DNA from: Octopus bimaculoides
Taxonomy: Eukaryota
DNA length: 64,000 nt
NCBI RefSeq assembly: GCF_001194135.2
Contig: NC_068997.1
Span: 39,072,150-39,136,149 of the forward strand
Direction: 5' to 3'
Part shown: positions 11,732 through 25,034 of the stretch, piece by piece
Numbering within the stretch: the stretch's first letter is position 1
How the letters are laid out: each line of letters begins with the position of its first letter
Notes under the pieces: generated by a model
Told to the model about the DNA's origin: nothing
Seen by the model: only the letters and a program-made list of their open reading frames with translations
Databases searched by the model: none
Translations under genes and position numbers: made by a program

Positions 11732-12942
11732 GTCGTCGTCATCATCATCATCATCATTACCACCTCCATTACCGCCACCATCACAACCTGTTGTTAATTA
11801 GCGATCCATCCATCCCCCAACAGCCAACCCCTTTAATTACCACAGACCACCGATGTACTTCATAGAATGGAAGGACAAGAAAGAAAATAATCATTATATT
11901 TCAAGATATTTGCTTCTTAACATATTTTTTTTTCTTTTACATATTTGTTTGTTCATTAAATTTCAAAATGTCGTCGTCACCACCTCTATCATCACCATCA
12001 TCATCATCGACATGATTACCATTATTATTATCATTATTATTATTATTATTCCATTTTCCTTTTCTCTTTTAGTTTCTTTTTTCTTCATTTTGGCTTTAAG
12101 TTTTCCAAACCTAAGTTTTCTTCGTCGATTAAATTAAAAATAATTCCACAGTTTTCAGCTCATATATAAGACTTAGCCCGAAACCGTTTAAAAATAAATT
12201 TTTATCTTATATTGCCAATTAAAATTTTCTAATNNNNNNNNNNNNNNNNNNNNNNNNNNNNNNNNNNNNNNNNNNNNNNNNNNNNNNNNNNNNNNNNNNN
12301 NNNNNNNNNNNNNNNNNNNNNNNNNNNNNNNNNNNNNNNNNNNNNNNNNNNNNNNNNNNNNNNNNNNNNNNNNNNNNNNNNNNNNNNNNNNNNNNNNNNN
12401 NNNNNNNNNNNNNNNNNNNNNNNNNNNNNNNNNNNNNNNNNNNNNNNNNNNNNNNNNNNNNNNNNNNNNNNNNNNNNNNNNNNNNNNNNNNNNNNNNNNN
12501 NNNNNNNNNNNNNNNNNNNNNNNNNNNNNNNNNNNNNNNNNNNNNNNNNNNNNNNNNNNNNNNNNNNNNNNNNNNNNNNNNNNNNNNNNNNNNNNNNNNN
12601 NNNNNNNNNNNNNNNNNNNNNNNNNNNNNNNNNNNNNNNNNNNNNNNNNNNNNNNNNNNNNNNNNNNNNNNNNNNNNNNNNNNNNNNNNNNNNNNNNNNN
12701 NNNNNNNNNNNNNNNNNNNNNNNNNNNNNNNNNNNNNNNNNNNNNNNNNNNNNNNNNNNNNNNNNNNNNNNNNNNNNNNNNNNNNNNNNNNNNNNNNNNN
12801 NNNNNNNNNNNNNNNNNNNNNNNNNNNNNNNNNNNNNNNNNNNNNNNNNNNNNNNNNNNNNNNNNNNNNNNNNNNNNNNNNNNNNNNNNNNNNNNNNNNN
12901 NNNNNNNNNNNNNNNNNNNNNNNNNNNNNNNNNNNNNNNNNN

Positions 12943-12986
<44 letters not shown>

Positions 12987-13171
12987 GCACACACGCACAC
13001 TTATATAGTAAAATAAATAAAGAGTGATTCACACACACAGACATATACATATCTAACTACATAGTCAGACGTCCACATAACATTCCTTCTTGGCAAAACT
13101 AATTTATCATTAAGACGTATGTTTTATGTGTGTGTGTGTGTGTGTGTGTGTCCCCGTCAGACTGTCTGTGT

Positions 13172-13203
<32 letters not shown>

Positions 13204-13244
13204 GTATGTATGTAGGTTTGCATAAACGAGTGTGCGCGCACGCG

Positions 13245-13295
<51 letters not shown>

Positions 13296-13477
13296 ATTTC
13301 TTTATATAGATCATCTCATCAAATATCATACCTTAATACCAGCATAACATATTACAGAATATTGGGTAAAAATTCTCATCGTATTTCTTTACAGATGTAT
13401 ATATTTCTCCTAACTTATATATATATATACACTCACACACACACACACAATTTATTTATACACACACGCACACACAT

Positions 13478-13528
<51 letters not shown>

Positions 13529-14411
13529 CATGTATGTGTGTGTATTTCACGTAAAAGCACTTTCTTTATAAAGTTAAGTCTAATATCAATATCTTCACAG
13601 TTACCAACACACACATTCATAGATANNNNNNNNNNNNNNNNNNNNNNNNNNNNNNNNNNNNNNNNNNNNNNNNNNNNNNNNNNNNNNNNNNNNNNNNNNN
13701 NNNNNNNNNNNNNNNNNNNNNNNNNNNNNNNNNNNNNNNNNNNNNNNNNNNNNNNNNNNNNNNNNNNNNNNNNNNNNNNNNNNNNNNNNNNNNNNNNNNN
13801 NNNNNNNNNNNNNNNNNNNNNNNNNNNNNNNNNNNNNNNNNNNNNNNNNNNNNNNNNNNNNNNNNNNNNNNNNNNNNNNNNNNNNNNNNNNNNNNNNNNN
13901 NNNNNNNNNNNNNNNNNNNNNNNNNNNNNNNNNNNNNNNNNNNNNNNNNNNNNNNNNNNNNNNNNNNNNNNNNNNNNNNNNNNNNNNNNNNNNNNNNNNN
14001 NNNNNNNNNNNNNNNNNNNNNNNNNNNNNNNNNNNNNNNNNNNNNNNNNNNNNNNNNNNNNNNNNNNNNNNNNNNNNNNNNNNNNNNNNNNNNNNNNNNN
14101 NNNNNNNNNNNNNNNNNNNNNNTCAGACGGGACCTTGATGAATGCCATGAGGCAGGAAAGTATACTAGTCCTTATATATTTAATACTCTATATTTCATAT
14201 ATTCAATAAGACATTCAATACTTCATTTCATTTTACTATCTATATTATATATTCCATATTCTATATCCCACATTAATTTTATAAGAATATAAATAAAACA
14301 TTAAAAAACAGAGTTGGAACTCTTTTAAATAATATATTCCTCTATACACGATCATACAAAACCCTTTTTTATATTTTTTAATATTTTTTTATTTTTATTT
14401 TTATTCACACA

Positions 14412-14454
<43 letters not shown>

Positions 14455-14469
14455 GGAGGACATCTCTTT

Positions 14470-15570
14470 CAAGAGTTCTATCTTTATTTCTATTTCTTTT
14501 ACTCACTTTTTAGATAAATTGTCAGACAGGTTGACTCAGTAAATTTAAAGACACGATGTAATCGTTGTTGTAAAAGTGCAGCATATTGACGGAAAGATAG
14601 CTCGCTTCCTGAAAGTTACCCGAATCTTGATCGTCAAATTTCGAAAGGAACTGGAAGCTGCTGACGGGGATCCAACATCAACAACTAAGTGCAAAACTCA
14701 TGCACTAGATCCTAATGCTATCCGACACACAGCTTTGGTAACAAAAACCAAAAAATAATCAAGGTTCCAGAATGCACTCTCGGAAGAGTTTTGCATGAGA
14801 ACATCCGATACAAGCCGTTTGTGATGTCTGATTTCAGTTTATGTAACAAGTGAGAAGCGTTCGATCCATGCGAAGTGCTTGCTAAATAAGTTAAAACATC
14901 AAGATGCTGCAACGCTTTGGTTTTGTTAAAAACTTCGATGAAGACCAAACGCTAAGCCGAAGAAACGATAGATGCTTATGTAGCGACCAGGATGAGATTC
15001 CAACGGTCATGCATACTAAGTTCTCAGCAACCTTGATGGTTCTGGGAATCGTTAGCATCGAGTGAGGCATTATTCCTCCTCACCATTTTTTTTCTCAGAG
15101 CTTAAGAGTTAATTCCGCTGTCTATACAGAGGTGTTGAAGAAAGTTGTGAGGCCTTGGATAGACAGAATAAGCAAAGGAAGACCATAAGTCTTCCAACAA
15201 GATTCAGAAGTTACATTAGGGTAGGACAATTCTAGCATGGATGCGTACCAATCTCCATGCTCATGTTCTTTCAAGCACGTTGTCTCCTGGCTTACAGACC
15301 TCAATCTACTGGAATATGACGTATGGGGCGTAATCAAGAGAAAGGTCAATCAACACCTCCATAATACCATATACTCCCTCAATTCTACCATAACCAGCAA
15401 TATGTCCAAAATTGATAAAAATCATCCGATCCCGTTTTGAATCAGCTACTGATGCCAACGGTGGATTCATTAAATAGCTGTGATAAAAGAATTCTCAGGA
15501 TTATATCCATGAATTTGTTTTCAAATATACCTTTTCTGTGACGAGCTATGCGTATTTTTCTAAATTTATG
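14470..15570 (+). mobile_element. Decayed Tc1/mariner transposon (maT/DD37D-like)
   Basis: Fragments IARFLKV (HTH), VNSAVYTEVLKKVVRPWIDRISKGRP*VFQQDS and DLNLLEYDVWGVIKRKVN fit a DDD/DDE transposase. Many stops are present. Confidence 0.8.
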
Positions 15571-15807
15571 CAAATGGCCTCATAAATCGGCTCTTGTAAG
15601 CCCCACCGATTTAAACTTTGCCTTTTATGACCAATAAAACTGGTTAATCCCACCGTCCCCTTCAAAGGGCTGTTCTTGAAGGTAAATTAGAAACAATCAN
15701 NNNNNNNNNNNNNNNNNNNNNNNNNNNNNNNNNNNNNNNNNNNNNNNNNNNNNNNNNNNNNNNNNNNNNNNNNNNNNNNNNNNNNNNNNNNNNNNNNNNN
15801 NNNNNNN

Positions 15808-16030
15808 AGGGTGCGTCAGTATTTTGAGGACACGACTTCCAAAAGCTCTAACTTGCTTCTAACTTATTTTTTTACTCACTTTTCAGATAAATGATGACGG
15901 AGATTGGGGTGACTGAGCGCATTGTAAACGTTGCCTTAAAAGCACAGCATAGTGATGCAGAGATAGCTCGCTTCCTGAAAGTTTCCCGAACCTCGGTTGT
16001 CGAATTTCGATAGAAGCTGAAAGATGCAGC
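15808..16030 (+). mobile_element. 5' end of a second copy of the same Tc1/mariner family
   Basis: Shares ttttactcacttttcagataaat and gatagctcgcttcctgaaagtt with 14500-14660. Confidence 0.7.
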
Positions 16031-16149
16031 CAGGAAGATAAGCGACTTAGTGCAAGCTCGTATAGCAGGTATAACAAGATACCTTTAACACAAAGAAAGT
16101 AAAAATCGATAAGCAACATGGTTTCAGTAGTAGTCTGGATCAGATCGCA

Positions 16150-17100
16150 GAACATAAGAAAGAATTAAAGTAAATGAAGAGGAAGTGACTTTAAAACAGC
16201 CGAACTCAGAATCACAGCAAAATTGTCTCCAGCTTTACAGGCTAGAGATAATCTGTTAAAAGTAGAGGCTAGTCTAAGGTGTTTTGTAGCTGCTCCTCCC
16301 ATTTTTTAATTTGATCTTTTGGATTGTTTACTTCTGCTCGTTTTCTTTCTCCCTATTATTTCATTCAGAGCTGCTCATGCGAGAGAAGGTTGTTAGTTTT
16401 CTGAGGCATTTTCGATTATATTTATTTTACCTTGGAGATAAGTTTCAAGTTCTTGTATATAGGTTTCAAGTTACTGTTTTGCATTTTCCAATGTTATTTT
16501 ATTAGCTCTCATCAGTTTACTTAGTTTGGATGTAGTATTACATGTTTCTTTCGAGTCGTCTCTTTCCTTAATTAACTCCTTACTTTACTATAGGATGCGC
16601 TCTGTTTTCTTTCAACAATTTGAATATTTTCTTTTGCTGCATTTTCATGTGCAATTATAATATTATTGGAAATGGACTTAGAATCTTTAATATAATCTAA
16701 AATTTGTAATGCTACAAAGCGATTTTTGATATCAAGTGTTTATGAATTTCTCTCAGCTGCGTTGGTGGAAGTTTCCTCCAGTCATAACATACTCTATTTT
16801 TAGATAAGTTCTTATTTACTCTCAAGGTCAGCCTGAACTTTCTTGTCACAGTTGAGAAGAAAAGCAATAAATTCAAGGCTTTGCAGTTCAAAGTACTATT
16901 TTCCCGATTTTATTTTAGCGATCTAGGTGTATCCCATTGTTATTTGGAGATGAAAACGTCCATAGCGTGCCTTTTTCTCTTTGTGTATAGTACCCCAAAT
17001 TACATCCCACAAATATTCCGTTTGAACGTTTAAGAGATTTTTCTGTTGGTAAATTGATGACAGATTGATCCCTTAGCACACTCAACTCCAATTTTTGCAT
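16150..17100 (-). mobile_element. RTE-clade LINE remnant (end of APE domain and linker)
   Basis: The minus strand gives YTQREKGTLWTFSSPNN, KNRFVALQILD, AALNEIIGRKKTSRSK and KWEEQLQN. Confidence 0.6.
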
Positions 17101-17204
17101 TCATTTCACCACCAATAATTATACATACATGCATACATATATGCACGCACGCACGCATTCATAAATAATATGTGTGCATGTATATGCATATGTGTATTTC
17201 TGCG

Positions 17205-17288
<84 letters not shown>

Positions 17289-17289
17289 G

Positions 17290-17540
17290 GTGTATTCGAA
17301 TACCACTCGTATACTGGCAAGAGGAACGGATACGGTCCATCTTCGAATAAAGGAGGTACATTTCATCAAAAAGAGGACACTCAGCTTCAGCCGCCGGAAT
17401 GAACTTGACCGCTGGAACTTCATCTACTGCTTCCGGAGCATTTGACCAATGCCAGCAATAACCACCAAATAGAATGTCTGATGAAGGATCCTTGATGTAA
17501 AAGCGCTAACGTATGTTAACCAAGAACTAGCAACAAGGCT
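17290..17540 (+). mobile_element. Penelope-like 3' remnant (end of GIY-YIG + terminal region)
   Basis: LRIKEVHFIKKRTLSFSRRNEL resembles the 'RKIKEA.FIK...P.LN..E' end of PLE endonucleases. A CTGATGA core follows at 17478. Confidence 0.4.
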
Positions 17541-17568
17541 ATACATAGACCGCACGCCACTAGTAAGT

Positions 17569-17621
<53 letters not shown>

Positions 17622-17630
17622 ATCTATTTA

Positions 17631-17665
<35 letters not shown>

Positions 17666-18641
17666 GCCTATCTACCTGTCTGTCTGTCTGTCTCTCTATC
17701 CATCTTAAAACTGTCAAACCTCAGTAATTTCTGTATGGTCCCAAAAGAGAAATTTTGGGGATATCTTTGAATTTAAAATGAATGTTTTCTAACACTTCAC
17801 GTCTAATAAAATCTCACCCTTTCACGCTGCCTCGGTTTTTCATTTCATTTTTTCGTGTTCAATTTTCATTTCTCAATTGTTACTTTCTTTTATTTACTCA
17901 CTTTCTCTTGTCATGTTCATAAGTGCTTTGACTTATACTAACTTCTCTTCTTAGTGTCCTCTGTTTTATTCGGATACTATACTTCACTATCCTCTTTCAC
18001 CTTCCCAACCCCTCCTACAACTATTAATAATAATAGCCGTAATTTACCTTACAATATGGATGACTTAACTGTAACCTCCCCGTTCATATAAACACAAAGA
18101 ATCTATCGAATTCTCCTTGTGAGCGTATGTGAGCCAAACCACGCGTCTGCGTATGCTTATATCTTCGCGTAAGTTTGTACGAGCAAGCGCACGTGCGTCA
18201 TACAACCTAAGCGAGGGCGTTTATACATTCATATCTGCTGACGGTTACATTGAATACGTTTTTTCGCTATACTGTGTATTTTTTTCTTTTTGCATCTGAT
18301 TTTTTATTGATCTATAATAATGAGGCTGTAACCTTTAATTTACTGCTTTTGTATACACATACCGAGAAGGAAACTTGCGGAACAGACGTTCTTTTAACGA
18401 GATACATCTTGTAATCACCTGAAGAGACACATCTACAACGACAGATACTCCTAAACTAAGTTGTTCAGTATCCCAACCATGAGGGATCGGTGCTAGATGG
18501 GTCGTAACTATTGTAGGGACCAATAAAGATTCTCATATCTTCCATCTTCCGTCTCTCTCATTAATGAAATGCCCATCGGACACTGGAAGTGAACGTGTTT
18601 TGCTGGTAAGCTACCAGGTGTATACCATACGATTTATTATC

Positions 18642-18682
<41 letters not shown>

Positions 18683-19297
18683 NNNNNNNNNNNNNNNNNN
18701 NNNNNNNNNNNNNNNNNNNNNNNNNNNNNNNNNNNNNNNNNNNNNNNNNNNNNNNNNNNNNNNNNNNNNNNNNNNNNNNNNNNNNNNNNNNNNNNNNNNN
18801 NNNNNNNNNNNNNNNNNNNNNNNNNNNNNNNNNNNNNNNNNNNNNNNNNNNNNNNNNNNNNNNNNNNNNNNNNNNNNNNNNNNNNNNNNNNNNNNNNNNN
18901 NNNNNNNNNNNNNNNNNNNNNNNNNNNNNNNNNNNNNNNNNNNNNNNNNNNNNNNNNNNNNNNNNNNNNNNNNNNNNNNNNNNNNNNNNNNNNNNNNNNN
19001 NNNNNNNNNNNNNNNNNNNNNNNNNNNNNNNNNNNNNNNNNNNNNNNNNNNNNNNNNNNNNNNNNNNNNNNNNNNNNNNNNNNNNNNNNNNNNNNNNNNN
19101 NNNNNNNNNNNNNNNNNNNNNNNNNNNNNNNNNNNNNNNNNNNGTATGGCAAGTCGTGCACGGATTTCAGAAACATATGCAAGTGGTGTAGGGAGTTGTA
19201 ATTGAAAGGCCAAGGTCAGCCCTCTCATTAGGCACTTGTAGTAGTAAACACATTTGACTTCTGCTGACCGCAAGGGTGTGACGCTTTTGCTTCCTGA

Positions 19298-19351
<54 letters not shown>

Positions 19352-19949
19352 AACAACAACAACAACAACAACTACTAATGATAATAGTGATTTGCCTGGA
19401 GACAAACACACACACATGCGATAGCGTTTACATCCTGCTCACAAAACATATACAATCCCATTACCACTTCTCCCACCGCCGCCGCCAATGCCATCACCAT
19501 CCTGCTGGAAAAAGCTCGGAGGTAACGCTAGTTGGAGTCTGCATGATGGTTCTGTCTTTTGTCTCCCTGTCTTTGTCTCTCTCTGGCTGTGAATTCAATA
19601 TCTGCCCCTTTCTACGATGCTAAATGAATTCTGTCGGACGGCCATTTGAAACCTTCTAGGCGGCAGGTCATGACATGAGCTAATTTAAAACTTCTCAAAA
19701 TAGGTTCCACCCGCTCCCTCGGAAAATGATGATGCCTGGCACCTCTGAACCTTACCCAAGGAACCAGGCAACTAGTTAACCCTGTGTGCTTATAACACGG
19801 CCCTGAATACCAACAATGGAAATACCTCCTAGAACCCATGTCGTTCGAAGAATCGCGTTCATCACTGATCTTAGGTTCTGACACTGAGTTCGAAAAGTCT
19901 TTAAATCAGGACCAACCTCCTTAAGAATAGTAGCATTGTCATGACTATA

Positions 19950-20152
19950 CTGGTATTAAATTTTGGCACAAGGTCAGCAATTCCAGGGGAGCAGATAAGT
20001 CGTTTCCCTGACCCAGTGTTCAACTGGTACTTATTTTATCGACCTCGAAAGGATGAAAGGCAAAGTCGCCCGCGGCGGAATTCGGACTCAGAACGTAAAT
20101 TCCACTAAGCATTTTTCCTGGTGAGCTAACGATTCAGCCAACTCGCTGACTT
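19950..20152 (-). mobile_element. SINE family B
   Basis: Contains ttttatcgacctcgaaaggatgaaaggcaaagtcg...gaattcggactcagaacg, the rc of the family core. Confidence 0.85.
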
Positions 20153-21989
20153 GCATTACCATGACTATATTAAGACTATACCATAACTAGTAAACTGTCT
20201 CAGACAACTTCACTATTATCCCACCACTATCATCGTCAACACCTTAAGTATCACCCAGCAACAACAATTATTAGAATCACCAGTACTAGCAGCATGGAAA
20301 ATGAAATATAACCTCTCTATTATTAAAAGCACTTTAACCAGCACAGTTTCCATATGCAGTATTATTCTATATATAGAAATGTCCATATATTTCGGTTTGT
20401 ATTCAGAATCCCATTATCGTTTCTCTGTATATACCTATTTCTGAATTCCTCTTCTATTCCAACATTTAGCGCTCCAACTACAAACTTGTATCTATCGAAA
20501 TATATTGCCTTGAAGCATTCAACTCATTCGAAAGTTTCCCACACCATTACCATTATTGTTTATAATGGTAAAACATTCTTACATTCTTACTTTTGACCTT
20601 GGGCACGCCTGCTGCTTTTTCCTTAACATCACTAAGACTTTTGATAGAAATTTCATCAGAACACCGAGAGCCCTGCAGGTAAAACTTCATTTTAGCCATG
20701 CTAAAATGTTCCAGTCGCCTCTAGAGTTCACAGTGTTCTCTAAAGTAATTTTAATCGACTGCTCCAGGGATTCATTCTGTGCACTATCGAGCACATAGAA
20801 GTAGAACTGCAGCAAACCATGCACTGAGATAACGCCAAAGCCGACAAACGCTATTTTGATTTAGAATGCAGCGTATCTGCGTAATAAATTGCAGCAAACC
20901 CTCAAAACAAAATATCTGTTGACCTTTACCTGAAAACATGATCCCTTAGCAACGGTCGGATGGTAAGTAACTAATAGAGAATAGAGAAACTTACTGGTGT
21001 TTGGAATGGAATAACTAACAGTAAGGTAAAAAAAGAAGCACTAGAAAGAGGGAAACTTACAGGGAAAAGCGAGAAATAAATAAAACAATTATGTCAGAAA
21101 ATTGAGATCCGGGAGGAGAGAAGAAAAAGTTGAGCAAACAAACGGCAAAAGAATTAACATCTCAGCAAAGAGTGGAGAATGAAAGCAAAAGAGTCAAACA
21201 CACACGCACACACACATACGCACACACACACACACACACACATACGCGCGCTCACACACACACACGCATGCATACTGACACACTGACATACGCGATAACT
21301 TTATGTAAATATAAATTTCTACTGTACACATTTTATACACCCTCTACACGCGCACATATGCATATATTAAATAAAGTAAATATTTTATACATATTTCATA
21401 TATAATTTAAATGAATCACACAACTGGCAATATTTACATTGTACTCTGAAACATACTAAATTGTATCGAAATACACTATATATTATATATAACTATATAA
21501 AACGAAAAAATTAATTGAAATTACAATAAGTAAAAGTTCAAAAGTTAATATCGTAAATTGTTTTCTTTGTATTTGTTGCTCTGGAAGTCAGGGTAAAGAT
21601 AAGGATGATAACTTATAAAAGTGACAAGCAAAATCTGTAACAAGTCTTTCTTCTTGATAACTTAATAGCTTATAAGTTGAAGACAAGGCAGCATCTCCTT
21701 AACTTCTTGGAGATTTTAGACAAAATTATACTAATGTGTCCATCTGTTTTAATTTAATTAAATTCTATGTCATTGTGCAACTGAGGATTGCTCGGCATTT
21801 AAATAGATGTAATGATTGCATTATTCAGTTAAATGGAGTTGCATGAAACGATCGTACTGCATTACCTCTGGATATCCTTGTTGCTTATTTTGATTCTAAT
21901 CACCTTATTTTGAAATTGTATGGATAATACAGTACTAAATTCTGGTTCCTCAACTTAAGTACCATATCTGAATCTAAATTTTTGCTGAA

Positions 21990-22032
<43 letters not shown>

Positions 22033-22371
22033 NNNNNNNNNNNNNNNNNNNNNNNNNNNNNNNNNNNNNNNNNNNNNNNNNNNNNNNNNNNNNNNNNNNN
22101 NNNNNNNNNNNNNNNNNNNNNNNNNNNNNNNNNNNNNNNNNNNNNNNNNNNNNNNNNNNNNNNNNNNNNNNNNNNNNNNNNNNNNNNNNNNNNNNNNNNN
22201 NNNNNNNNNNNNNNNNNNNNNNNNNNNNNNNNNNNNNNNNNNNNNNNNNNNNNNNNNNNNNNNNNNNNNNNNNNNNNNNNNNNNNNNNNNNNNNNNNNNN
22301 NNNNNNNNNNNNNNNNNNNNNNNNNNNNNNNNNNNNNNNATATATATACATATATACATACATATATATGA

Positions 22372-22530
22372 CGGGCTTCTTTTAGTTTCCGTCTACCAAA
22401 CCCACTCACAAGGCTTTGGTCGGCCCGAGGCTATAGTAGAAGACACTTGCCAAAGGTACCACGCAGTGAGACTGAACCCGGATCCATATGGTTGGGAAGA
22501 AAGCTTTTTATCACACAACCACACCTGCAC
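22372..22530 (-). mobile_element. SINE family A head
   Basis: Near-identical to the rc of 1786-1925. Confidence 0.85.
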
Positions 22531-22535
22531 GTGTT

Positions 22536-22720
22536 ATTATCTTCTCCTTAGCGAAGGCGGAGGTATTGTTTTCATTCCCGTTTGTTTGTTTGTTTGTTTG
22601 CCCGTGGACAAGATATCTCAAGAACCGCTGGATGGATTCGGATGAAAGTTTCAGGGATATTTGACCGCGTGACTGGCACGAGCTGATTAAAATTTAGGAT
22701 CGAACAGGTACCGGGCAAGG
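22536..22720 (+). mobile_element. Helentron-associated non-autonomous element (DINE-1/HINE-like)
   Basis: Pattern ttatcttctccttagcgaaggcggaggtattgttttc, then (GTTT)n, then caagatatctcaagaaccgctggatggatt. This is the architecture of DINE-like elements with an internal tetranucleotide microsatellite. Confidence 0.55.
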
Positions 22721-22749
22721 GTTTTAGATTATTTTCCCGTTTTTTTTTT

Positions 22750-23400
22750 TACTCGATCTACTTTTCTTTATTACTTTGTCCCATGAACATTATCTCTTCG
22801 TTCGTGTTGGACTCTGTCATACACTTGTCATTCCCATGTGCATAACGAATTACATTGACTCTACTTATTTTGTCCATTTGTCTTGTAATTCCTTAACTGT
22901 ATTTATGATAACCCTTATATCATCTTCAAACCTCAGGTATGTTAGGTACTTTACGTGCATCATTATTTCACCTTGAATTTTTATTTCTTGAGAGTATTGA
23001 ATCTTCCTGCTCGAGTAAGCGTAGTATGAGAACCACTTATGAATAATATTCACATAGCTAGTTTAGCTGCTTCAGATCGGTAAATATTCCTTAAACAATC
23101 ATAACAATGAAACATGCTATTGAAAGAAATACGTTGAAAGACTGAATTACAAGTACAGAAATAAGACGTAAGAAACGAGTTAGGGTTATACCTCAAGAAA
23201 CAGGAAATACAATGTGATGTGGGCAAATCACTTAGCCAGAGCAGAGGGCAACTGAAGAACGGAAGAATAGATTGCTTATGACGGATTGAGAAGGATAGGA
23301 AATCAGAAGAGGAAATGGAAGGCTGACATCGAAAAATGTATGAATGCGACAAAAGTTTGCCGTTTTGGAGAGGAAAAGGTCCAGAAGTGGATTGCCATAC
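22750..23400. mobile_element. RTE LINE remnant with inverted 5' part
   Basis: Minus strand 22750-23050 gives YLTYLRFEDDIRV (RT YADD region) and FMGQ. Plus strand 23060-23400 gives the 3' region (MKHAIER..., WANHLAR). Confidence 0.55.
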
Positions 23401-24295
23401 CCTGAAAAAAGTACAGGTACACACACNNNNNNNNNNNNNNNNNNNNNNNNNNNNNNNNNNNNNNNNNNNNNNNNNNNNNNNNNNNNNNNNNNNNNNNNNN
23501 NNNNNNNNNNNNNNNNNNNNNNNNNNNNNNNNNNNNNNNNNNNNNNNNNNNNNNNNNNNNNNNNNNNNNNNNNNNNNNNNNNNNNNNNNNNNNNNNNNNN
23601 NNNNNNNNNNNNNNNNNNNNNNNNNNNNNNNNNNNNNNNNNNNNNNNNNNNNNNNNNNNNNNNNNNNNNNNNNNNNNNNNNNNNNNNNNNNNNNNNNNNN
23701 NNNNNNNNNNNNNNNNNNNNNNNNNNNNNNNNNNNNNNNNNNNNNNNNNNNNNNNNNNNNNNNNNNNNNNNNNNNNNNNNNNNNNNNNNNNNNNNNNNNN
23801 NNNNNNNNNNNNNNNNNNNNNNNNNNNNNNNNNNNNNNNNNNNNNNNNNNNNNNNNNNNNNNNNNNNNNNNNNNNNNNNNNNNNNNNNNNNNNNNNNNNN
23901 NNNNNNNNNNNNNNNNNNNNNNNNNNNNNNNNNNNNNNNNNNNNNNNNNNNNNNNNNNNNNNNNNNNNNNNNNNNNNNNNNNNNNNNNNNNNNNNNNNNN
24001 NNNNNNNNNNNNNNNNNNNNNNNNNNNNNNNNNNNNNNNNNNNNNNNNNNNNNNNNNNNNNNNNNNNNNNNNNNNNNNNNNNNNNNNNNNNNNNNNNNNN
24101 NNNNNNNNNNNNNNNNNNNNNNNNNNNNNNNNNNNNNNNNNNNNNNNATATATATATATATATATATATATATATAACGGTGGTGCTCCAGCATGACAGC
24201 AACCGCATGGCTGAAACGAGTAAAAGAGTAAAATAATGTATATATATATAAATGTTATATTTCCATTATGAGTGTATAAACACACATATGTATAC

Positions 24296-25034
24296 ACAGG
24301 TTGTCCCAAAAGTTAGGCAATAGTGGGCATGCATTTTTATTTACTGACATAGGTCATTCAAATTATGCGTTTTCGTAGTGTACCTCCTCTATATATAAAA
24401 AAAAAAACGTAGTGCTCAGCTGCTCAACATAGACTCCATCATTTGCGCCATTATTAAACACAACTTTTGAATCCTCTTACAAAAAGTTTAGGTGTACTCC
24501 ATCTCCATTTCTTTACAGACATTTCCAAATCATCTGTGTTATCAACACTGAATTTTATTGAACCGAAAATGTGGAAGTCAGAATGTACCAGATCCAGGCA
24601 CCAGAGCGTCCGGGCTGTTCCGATTTGCCGATTATCTGCTTTGTTGCCAAAGATGCGTGTGCTTACACTTTCTCATGAAGAGTGTGGATCATTTTCAGAT
24701 TCTTGACCGGTCTTTTTCTTCTATTGGCCTCGCCGAGCTTTTCGAATGTGTCAAACTGTTTACAGCTGAGCCAATTTTTAGAAAATCAAGGAGAATGACG
24801 CACTTGTCAATCCCGAAATTAGTCACCATGATTTCTTGTGCCAACCGCTAAACTTGGACCAAGCCTCAGACAATAGATGTGATATCAATAAGCTTTCGTT
24901 TACGGGTGATAAAGATACGCCCACGTTTCAAACCTTGCGTGGTTTGTCTTCAACGGTTGTTCCCCTTTAAACTTCTTCATTAATGTGTGTACAATGCTAT
25001 TGTCTACGGTACATTTTCCGTAAACAACCTGTAG
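24296..25034 (-). mobile_element. Decayed, internally deleted mariner transposon
   Basis: The minus strand has a PDL..SDFHIFGSIK-like motif and DDLEMSVKKW. Ends caggttgt (~24297) and acaacctgta (~25025-25034) are short TIRs. Confidence 0.7.

Noticed and set aside
18517-18605. + strand exon candidate ending ctg|gtaagc
   Set aside because: Good donor but weak acceptor and an unrecognisable peptide.
20591-20700. Minus-strand exon candidate MAKMKFYLQGSRCSDEISIKSLSDVKEKAAGVPKVK|gtaaga
   Set aside because: No recognisable homology, a modest acceptor and an equally long overlapping + strand ORF; it cannot be supported.
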